This document shows, one piece after another, positions 54,424 through 64,000 of a DNA stretch of 64,000 nucleotides; within the stretch, counting starts at the first letter, position 1; every line of letters begins with the position of its first letter. Under the pieces are notes generated by a model. It ran no database searches. It worked only from the letters and a program-made list of their open reading frames with translations, and was not told the origin of the DNA. Source of the DNA: Eledone cirrhosa (lineage: Eukaryota); assembly GCA_964016885.1 (NCBI GenBank), contig OZ024749.1, positions 29,698,001 to 29,762,000 of the forward strand. The letters run 5' to 3'. The position numbers and the translations under genes were made by a program.

Positions 54424-55607
54424 TTAACAATGTAGTTTAATAACCAGCAATCTCTTTTAATAATCCGCAAAACATTCTACCCGACGCCTAAAAGACTCTG
54501 CTAAATCGCCGCCATATTGGTTGGGAGAAATTTCCATTTCACTCTATAGATGTTTCATTTATCAATATATAAAAGTATGAGTTGTTTCATATTTAAGTGT
54601 CTGTATTAAAGAATGATCGGTTCAATAGACATTTGAGGTCAGCCCTCGTCGTTCACATACTGAACTCGTACTCGTGACATTGTGACCGCCATTAGCATAT
54701 TTTCTAGCTGAATGGTTTTAAATGAACTGATCTCTTTTCGACACACTTCTACGAAGACAAAGAGTTGCAGGAAAATCTCATTGATTGCAGCAATAACAAC
54801 AACAGAAGAAGTTTTACTCTTAAGTAAACAAAACTAGAAGTCAATATTTTTATATCGAAACCCATTGAACTTCTAAATCACTTTCAATAATTCCAAATAG
54901 CTGTAGTACATACAAATAGCTTCTAGTACTTACAAACAGAACGAATTAAAATATTTGAACATAAATACACCGAATATAAGTATTTCTATAAAAGGAAGAA
55001 CAGATAAAATATTTTATTAGAGAAGCTAGCATTGTACTGTGGATTGGGAGTGTAGGTAGAGCGTCGGACATCATGCTTCGCGGTGAAGAGTTACGGCTCT
55101 TTCCGTTCTTAGTTCAAACCCCGCCGAGGTTAGTTTTGCAGGAGTGACTGGGTGGGGGTGAAAATGTGAGTGTGTGGACTTGTCTAGTACGTCGCCGTTC
55201 TTTGTTTCCTTCTTCCAGTTACTTCTATGTGCCAACACACTACTCCTTGTCTCCTCCTATTTCTGTCTTTTCGATGCTTCGTCTGCCTGTCGCCCACATT
55301 GTGGATTGTCTCTCTGATGACGACTGGAAAATCTCTCGATTAATCTTACATTTGTGTGTGCGGGTGGGGTTGTATCTTTCTCCGTGGGGTTATGCCTTTC
55401 TTTTTTATTTTGCTATTCTCTCTTCAGTCGATAAGTTGCGGGCTGTTACAATTCCACTCGGGTTTTCTGTTCAGACTAGGTCTATCTTCTATAATGTGTG
55501 TGACCTCCATAATTTGTCTGAGTGTTGCGTCAGTTCTATGTGTGTATAGGATCTTTATTTCTATGTTATCTATTGCATCTCGGTGTTCTAATTTGGCTTG
55601 TTGGTAT

Positions 55608-55749
<142 letters not shown>

Positions 55750-55784
55750 ACAGTGGTGTATAATAAAATTGTATGAAGACAGTG

Positions 55785-56095
55785 TATAACAGTGTTGCAT
55801 TGGAAATCCGTCGGTTTCGACGATGTGGGTTGGATCAACGTAACAGCTTGCTTGTGAAATTAACGTACAAGTGACGCTGAATATTACTACTCTTTAACGT
55901 ACTTCTCAGGGAGATTCAGCGTTAGAGAATATGTTAAACGGCTTGCTGTCTGTTTTGAAATATAGATGCCATTCAATTCAATTTTATCAGGCAGCTAAGC
56001 GAATTGGTGTTACGTGAAATAAAGTGTCTTGCTCGAGGACGCAACGATCCGCCCGGTTCAGGAACCGAAATCATGACTCGAACACCCAAGCCATG
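55785..56095 (-). mobile_element. Family 2 tRNA-SINE (diverged)
   Basis: CGTGAAATAAAGTGTCTTGCTCGAGGAC core; TTCTCAGGGAGATTCAG shared with 12005. Confidence 0.7.
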
Positions 56096-56109
56096 TAAGT
56101 TAACGTATG

Positions 56110-56870
56110 AGAAAAGTTGGTAATTTTTAACTTTCTAGCCACCAAACTACTTGCTTTCACGTATGAAATAAATGGATGCATGCTAAACACCCTATCCACC
56201 AAGCCAGAAGATTTCCCCTATGAAAAAAGTGGATATATACTAAACACCCTATCCACCAAGCCAGAAGATTTCCCCTATGAAAAAAGTGGATATATACTAA
56301 ACACCCTATCCATGAAGCCACAAGATTTCCCGGATGAAAAAAGTGGATATATACTAAACACCCTATCCATCAAGCCACAAGATTTCCACTATGAAAAAAG
56401 TGGATATATACTAAACACCCTATCCATCAAGCCACAAGATTTCCACTATGAAAAAAGTGGATATATACTAAACACCCTATCCATCAAGCCACAAGATTTC
56501 CCCTATGAAAAAAGTGGATATATACTAAACACCCTATCCATCAAGCCACAAGATTTCCACTATGAAAAAAGTGGATATATACTAAACACCCTATCCATGA
56601 AGCCACAAGATTTCCCGGATGAAAAAAGTGGATATATACTAAACACCCTATCCATCAAGCCACAAGATTTCCACTATGAAAAAAGTGGATATATACTAAA
56701 CACCCTATCCATCAAGCCACAAGATTTCCCCTATGAAAAAGTGGATATATACTAAACACCCTATCCATCAAGCCACAAGATTTCCCGGATGAAAAAAGTG
56801 GATATATGCTAAACACCCTATCCATCAAGCCGCGTGCTTTCACGTATGAGAGAAGTGGCTACATGTTAAA
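56110..56870. repeat. 57-bp minisatellite, ~12-13 copies
   Basis: CTAAACACCCTATCCATCAAGCCACAAGATTTCCCCTATGAAAAAAGTGGATATATA; 19-aa periodic ORF. Confidence 0.95.
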
Positions 56871-57195
56871 ACCTCTTCTGTTCCTCTCTCCTTCCGGTTC
56901 GTTCGTTAGATTTTCCATCTGTCCACCTACACAAACACATTTGGCACCGGAAATACTTTCAAGCTCCATTTTCTTTCCACCACCATAATTTTTATTTTCT
57001 CAAAGCCGCATAGTTTTCTGCCAAGTCTCAATTTCCATTCTTATTTCACTTACAACGACTTCAAATAGTCTTTAAATCTCACCCTAGTCTTGTGCTGAGT
57101 TCTCTTACGGGCCATTAGTTCTTCGGTCTTTATAGAAAGCTTAAACACTGCTTAGGGAGCCAGCTACCTTTTAGCTAACTACACATAATGTGCAT

Positions 57196-57241
<46 letters not shown>

Positions 57242-57251
57242 GTATGCACAT

Positions 57252-57332
<81 letters not shown>

Positions 57333-57424
57333 GTATATATATATATTATTTAATATATATATTTATATAAATACACATACATAATATACATACATACACA
57401 TGCATAAGATATGATATAACATAA

Positions 57425-57485
<61 letters not shown>

Positions 57486-57794
57486 AGAGAGAGGGGGAGA
57501 GAGAGGGGAGAGAGAGACAGAGCTAGACAGAAAGAGTTCGAATGTGTATGTGTGTGTGTGTGTGTGTGTGTGTAAGTATGTGTATTTCTATATCGACGAG
57601 GCTGTTCGGAATGCATTAAAAGATTGATTGGCAGCACATTAATGGTCAAGAAAAATAAGAAACATTAAGAGATTCTTCGCTTATCTTCATTTTTTTTTCT
57701 TTGGTTCTCAACTTGACTAATGTTATACTTGCGGTAGATTTTGCTGGATATTGAGTAACAAAGAAATACAGAAATGTGTAATCAATGTGATTCA

Positions 57795-57832
<38 letters not shown>

Positions 57833-57838
57833 ATATGC

Positions 57839-57936
<98 letters not shown>

Positions 57937-57979
57937 TTATTATATATATATATATATATACATATATGCATATGTTTAT

Positions 57980-58079
<100 letters not shown>

Positions 58080-58099
58080 TATATATATGCATATGTATA

Positions 58100-58136
<37 letters not shown>

Positions 58137-58138
58137 GT

Positions 58139-58282
58139 AGGTCCCGGGTTGAGTCGGGGATAACCACAGTAATTAAGGTACTCAATACATGGCAGAGTAA
58201 CATTTTTTTATTTTATAGAAGGAGCTTCTACAGGACTAGTACTGTGAAACAGTACTAGTCCTGTAGAAACTCCTTCTATAAA

Positions 58283-58287
<5 letters not shown>
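58139..58287. mobile_element. Family C fold-back element
   Basis: Head matches 6275-6330; palindrome centred on GTACTGTGAAACAGTAC. Confidence 0.75.
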
Positions 58288-58369
<82 letters not shown>

Positions 58370-58399
58370 TACATACATATATTTGTATATATTTATATA

Positions 58400-58450
<51 letters not shown>

Positions 58451-58607
58451 GTATATATATATATGTGTATATAAATATATATATATATATATTTGTATAT
58501 ATATATATTTATACACACACACACCCTTATATATATGTGTGTGTGTATATATATATATATATATTTGTATATATATATATATATTTATACACACACATAT
58601 ATATATA

Positions 58608-58638
<31 letters not shown>

Positions 58639-58641
58639 TTG

Positions 58642-58678
<37 letters not shown>

Positions 58679-58689
58679 ATAGTATAGGT

Positions 58690-58826
58690 ATATTCATTTT
58701 ATTAAAGAAATGACTTCTACAGGAGAATGGGAATGTTTCATTCTTAAAAAATCCTCATTAAAGTCCGATGATTCGTTACGAATGAAACAGTACTAGTCTG
58801 TTGAAGTCGTTTCTATAATAAAATGA
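58690..58826. mobile_element. Family C fold-back element, diverged
   Basis: CCGATGATTCGTTACGAATGAAACAGTACTAGTC core with an inverted arm. Confidence 0.6.
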
Positions 58827-59263
58827 CTCTCTCTCTCTTTCTTTATATAAATACACTCACGCGCGCACATATATATATATATTCTCTCTAAATATATATA
58901 TATGTGTATATGTGTACAAATATATAGATATATGTATGTATATATGTATATATGTATGTAAATATATATATATATATATGTATACATACATATATGTATA
59001 TCTGTGTAAATATATATATATGTATACATACATATATGTATATATGTATATAAATATATATGTATGTATACATATATGTATATATGTATATAAATATATA
59101 TATATATGTATACATACATATATGTATATATGTATGTAAATATACATATATGTATACATACATATATATATATATGTATGTAAATATACATATATGTATA
59201 CATACATATATGTATATATGTATGTAAATATATATATATGTATACATATATATATATGTATAC

Positions 59264-59294
<31 letters not shown>

Positions 59295-59387
59295 TATATA
59301 TATATGTATACATACATATATGTATATGTATGCAAATATATATGTATACATATATATATGTATATATATGTATGTAAATATATGGTA

Positions 59388-59421
<34 letters not shown>

Positions 59422-60084
59422 CATATTTATTTGCGTGTGTTTCCGTGTACACAATTGATTCTGTTCGTTAAATCAAATGACCACCACAAAACGTACGAAG
59501 TATACAGCATCAGTGTTGATAAGTTACGTATAAAATATTATTTTAGCTGGAAACCAAATTAACCAGAAACATCTAGAGTTTATATCTGTAGATAGATATA
59601 GAAATGGACGTTAGACATAGACAGACATATATATCTGTAGATTTATCTGATATCCGTTATACTAATTAGGACTGCAAAGAAAAATATCAGAATTTATGGA
59701 GATATTTTTGGAGATGTATGTGTGGTAGGAGCAAACACAAAGAAAGACCTGTACATAGAACTATATATATAGCAATAGAGAGAGAAAGAGAGAGAGAGAG
59801 AGAGGGGGGGGGTGAGAGAGAGAGATACGTTATCTGTTAAAACGTAGTTATGAAAACAAGATCAAAACACACACAAAAAAATGTGAATATGAGAAAAGAA
59901 ACCAACGCAAATGCGCCTACGAGGCTACCATATCTTATATATGAATGAAAAATTAACAATATTTTCTAATTCAAGCGCAATGTCAGTCATTTTATTTTGG
60001 GTGGTAGTGGTGGTGGTGGTGTTTGTGGTGGAAAAGGTTGATTAAATGGACGCCAGTACATGACTGGTATTTTTGTACTTTATC

Positions 60085-60410
60085 GGAACGTAACATTGAG
60101 CTCAGACGGTAGAGTTGATCTCAGAATGTAAAGTTGACGTCGGAAAATAAAGTTGAACTCGGGGGTTAAATTTGAGTTCCGAAGGTAAATGTAACCCCGG
60201 AAGGCAATGTTGAGCTCGGAAGGTAAAGGTTAACTCGGAAGATAATGGTGACCTCGGAAAGCTACGTTGAGCTGGGAAGGTAAAGCTAACCTGTAAAAGT
60301 AAAGTTGTGCTCTGAAGGTAAAGTTGACCATCTGAAAGATCAGAAGGTAAACTTTGCATTCGAAAGGTAAAGTTTAGCTCGGAAAATAAATTTGATCTCG
60401 GTGCCGGCTT
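60085..60410. repeat. Degenerate ~19-20-bp tandem repeat (CGGAAGGTAAAGTTGACCT-like) within a family 1 SINE remnant
   Basis: About 15 units; preceded by SINE-like CCAGTACATGACTGGTA. Confidence 0.6.
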
Positions 60411-61473
60411 AAACATAGAACGCAGATTTGTCTGACATATTACCGCTTCTGACAATCCAAAATTCCAGAGTTTTTTTGTTGTTGTTGTTTAATATTTCTA
60501 ATTATTGCTGGAAATATATAAAGTGTGTTTGTAGTGTGCTTGTAGTGTGTTTGATATGTGTTTGCAGTGTATTTTCAGTGTGTTTGGTGTGCCTCTGCAG
60601 TGTATTGTAAGTATGTTTGATGTGTGTTTGCAGTATGTTTGTTTTCCTCCTCCTAGCTAAAACTGATGTCTGTGTGTCATGAAAGCAGTTGGGACATATT
60701 TTAGAAGTAGAGTTTAGACAAGAGAGAAAAGGTATTCAAATAACGATAGTAGGATTGTGGGTTTAACAAAACACTTCGTTTCACATTGTTCCACTACTCT
60801 CAGTGAAAACGACTTCCAGTTGAGGATTAAATTCTGAGGATCTGATGGCCCGTTTAAAGGGAAGTTAGTCTTATGTTGTCAGCCATATATACTAATGAAA
60901 TCGAGATAAACCTCGGCCTGATGAGTATCTGGATTTGAGACAGACTTTAACTTTGTTTCTCATACGAGGTCAAACAATTAAAGCCATTCAGTAAGATTTT
61001 CTAATAAACAATTCAGTCTACTTACAAAAAGGAATGAATTTTATATATAGCTGATAGTTTGGGCCTAAAACATAAGACACCCATACATACATACATACAT
61101 ACATACATACATACATACATACATACATACATACATACATACATACACAACTAGTTAGGAAATTACAAGTACAATCCATTAATAGAACAGTAAGAATATG
61201 TAAAACATTCCCAAAATTTTGCATCTAATAACTGCATATACACAAGTACAGATACAAAGCATATACATATGCACACATACAACTCAAAACATCCACATCC
61301 ACACATACAATAACATCCATATCTACACATGCAGACATACATACATAATCTACCTAGTTGATGTTGTGTAAATTCCAATGAGAGAGTCTTGTGTCTATGT
61401 TAGAAACCGAATCTCTCTCTATTGGGATACAATTTATGAAATTATAAAACCAGAAGAATATACATACATATAT

Positions 61474-61596
<123 letters not shown>

Positions 61597-61610
61597 ATAT
61601 ATTATATATA

Positions 61611-61662
<52 letters not shown>

Positions 61663-61665
<3 letters not shown>

Positions 61666-62075
61666 GATAAATCTACCAAGAGTTTACGGTAGTGTCCAAT
61701 CCGTATGAAGAACTCAATGTATTCCGGATATCATGGAAAGAAGAGATGTAATGAAAATCCAATTTCGGTGAAAGATAAACGGTATACAGAGTCAAGATAA
61801 AATATTAAACAAATAATGAACAAACAATTCCTTATATTAAACAAAAAAAGTTCACTATTTAACGATCGTTTCTAGGGCATATATGTGCTATAATTGGTAT
61901 GCATATTTAACAGATCTATGTACAAAATTATACAAAATTATACAAATTATCAAGATTAAATATACATACCTAACTCATATATACGCCGTCTTCAGAAATA
62001 ATGAAGTATATTTATTGATAATAACAACAATTCAAAATATCAGTTCAAAATTGACCAATGAAAACACAAAGGGTT
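61663..62075 (-). mobile_element. Family G element, second copy
   Basis: Reverse complement of ~40520-40925 (TACGGTAGTGTCCAATCCGTATGAAGAACTCAATG etc.). Confidence 0.8.
61852..62004 (-). ncRNA. Type I hammerhead ribozyme with extended stem II (family G)
   Basis: Minus strand TCATTATTT-CTGAAGA-CGGCGTATATATG...CATATATGCCCTA-GAAA-CGATCG-TT-AAATAGTGA; GUU triplet. Confidence 0.75.
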
Positions 62076-62774
62076 AAAAAGCAGTTTGGTGTGTGTATAT
62101 ACATGTAAAACCCTACACACATTTTACAATAATGTGTGTATAATATGTATGTGCATACTAAAAAGATGGATGCAAATAAAAAATTTCAAGGTTAATATCT
62201 CTGTAAGCTTAATGCGCTGATAAGATACGCAATGATACTTATGTAGTCAAGCATATAAATATATTTTTTTCATACTCACACATATCAGTATAATCACACA
62301 TACATGTGCGTATATATATAAATATACACATAACCACGAACACACAAACACACACACACCCCCCACTCACATTTATATATGTGGATATAAAATCATAAGC
62401 AAATAGAAATTAAGTCACTCACATAAACACACTGGTACACACATTTCAAGATCAAGATACAGAAATTAGGTGGGAGGGGGGGGGAGGGGTCAGTATTAGG
62501 TTGTCAGACCAGACAGCCTAATATAAATGTATCTATAAATTATGAAAAATAAAAAAATAAAAACAATAAAATATATTACATATAATATAATATACATACG
62601 CATACAGATATACATACACATACATACATGTACGCGCACATAGAGATATCTACACATACATACATACACACATACCTATACTGTCATACACACACATACA
62701 TTTACACGAACATACATATACACATATAAAAAGATAAAAATACGGACACACACACGCGCAACACATACACACAT

Positions 62775-62821
<47 letters not shown>

Positions 62822-62930
62822 TATACACACACACACATAGACTCATATATATATACATACACATACATATACTTATACATAAACATATATATCCCACACT
62901 CATACCACCATGAAGACACAAACAAAACAT

Positions 62931-62982
<52 letters not shown>

Positions 62983-63074
62983 ATACACACACGTACACAT
63001 ATATGCATATATACATACATATATACACACATACACATATATATATATACACACACACATAAAATACAGACATG

Positions 63075-63111
<37 letters not shown>

Positions 63112-63207
63112 TTCATTACCCTTATATATACTCACAGTATATATACATACACAACCTCACTTATACACATATACACATAAGTTATATTACAATAATAATA
63201 AAGAATA

Positions 63208-63238
<31 letters not shown>

Positions 63239-63510
63239 TATACACACATATACACATATACATACATACACATACATATACATACATACATACACATACA
63301 TACATACACCTAAATATAAACATATATAAATACACACATACGAATAAAGACATATATTCACACATAGACACCTATATACACATATACATATATATATATA
63401 TATATATATCTATATATATCTATATACAGACACATACACATACATACACATATATATATATATATACACATATATACACACGCACACACATACAGACACA
63501 CATACACACT

Positions 63511-63545
<35 letters not shown>

Positions 63546-64000
63546 GTGTATGTGAGTGTGCGCAAATACATACATATATATACACACACACACATACAAA
63601 CACACACAAACACATACATATGCATACATGCACACACACACACATATATCACATAGATACGAAGATAAACATATAAATAGAGAGACATACAAATATATAC
63701 AGAACCCATATACACATACATGCAAACACGCATATACATATATACATATATACACACATATATATTCCTATATACAAGCATACGCATACACACACATATA
63801 TACAAATACCTACACATATATATACCACACATTCACATACACGTACATATATAATACATATATATACATACATATACATACATATGTATGTACAATCATA
63901 TATACACACTCAATCTTACATTCATATTTACATGCTCATATATGTATTTTTATATCTAGAAATAAATACCAAAAAAAACTATATAGACACCCATCTACCC

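Noticed and set aside
56117-56755. 212-aa repeat protein
   Set aside because: 57-bp unit is a multiple of 3, the frame breaks at a homopolymer indel, and the unit looks SINE-derived

Overview
Eukaryotic, AT-rich, microsatellite-saturated DNA. The (TA)n/(CA)n density and Nin-core tRNA-SINEs point to a coleoid cephalopod, probably octopus (inference). Almost all listed ORFs are microsatellite artefacts. Real coding content: the first coding exon of a class A neuropeptide-type GPCR (53733-54053, +); an intact 1130-aa R4/Dong-clade non-LTR retrotransposon (RT + CCHC + restriction-like endonuclease) heading a 10-kb stack of same-orientation copies, mostly separated by (TAA)n; and CR1- and RTE-type LINE fragments. 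Non-coding repeats include two tRNA-SINE families, two MITE types and minisatellites of 19, 35, 57 and 75 bp. The most interesting signal is a set of at least six recurrent short non-coding families embedded in (TA)n tracts, usually as fold-back (inverted) duplications. Four families (A, E, F, G) carry manually foldable minimal type I hammerhead ribozymes (9 copies with intact CUGANGA/GAAA/UH cores). One family has a ~105-nt stem II supported by compensatory substitutions between copies. These resemble Penelope-like-element termini or retrozyme-like non-autonomous retroelements; I found no Penelope ORF in the window. All structures were folded by eye and none was computed or tested.
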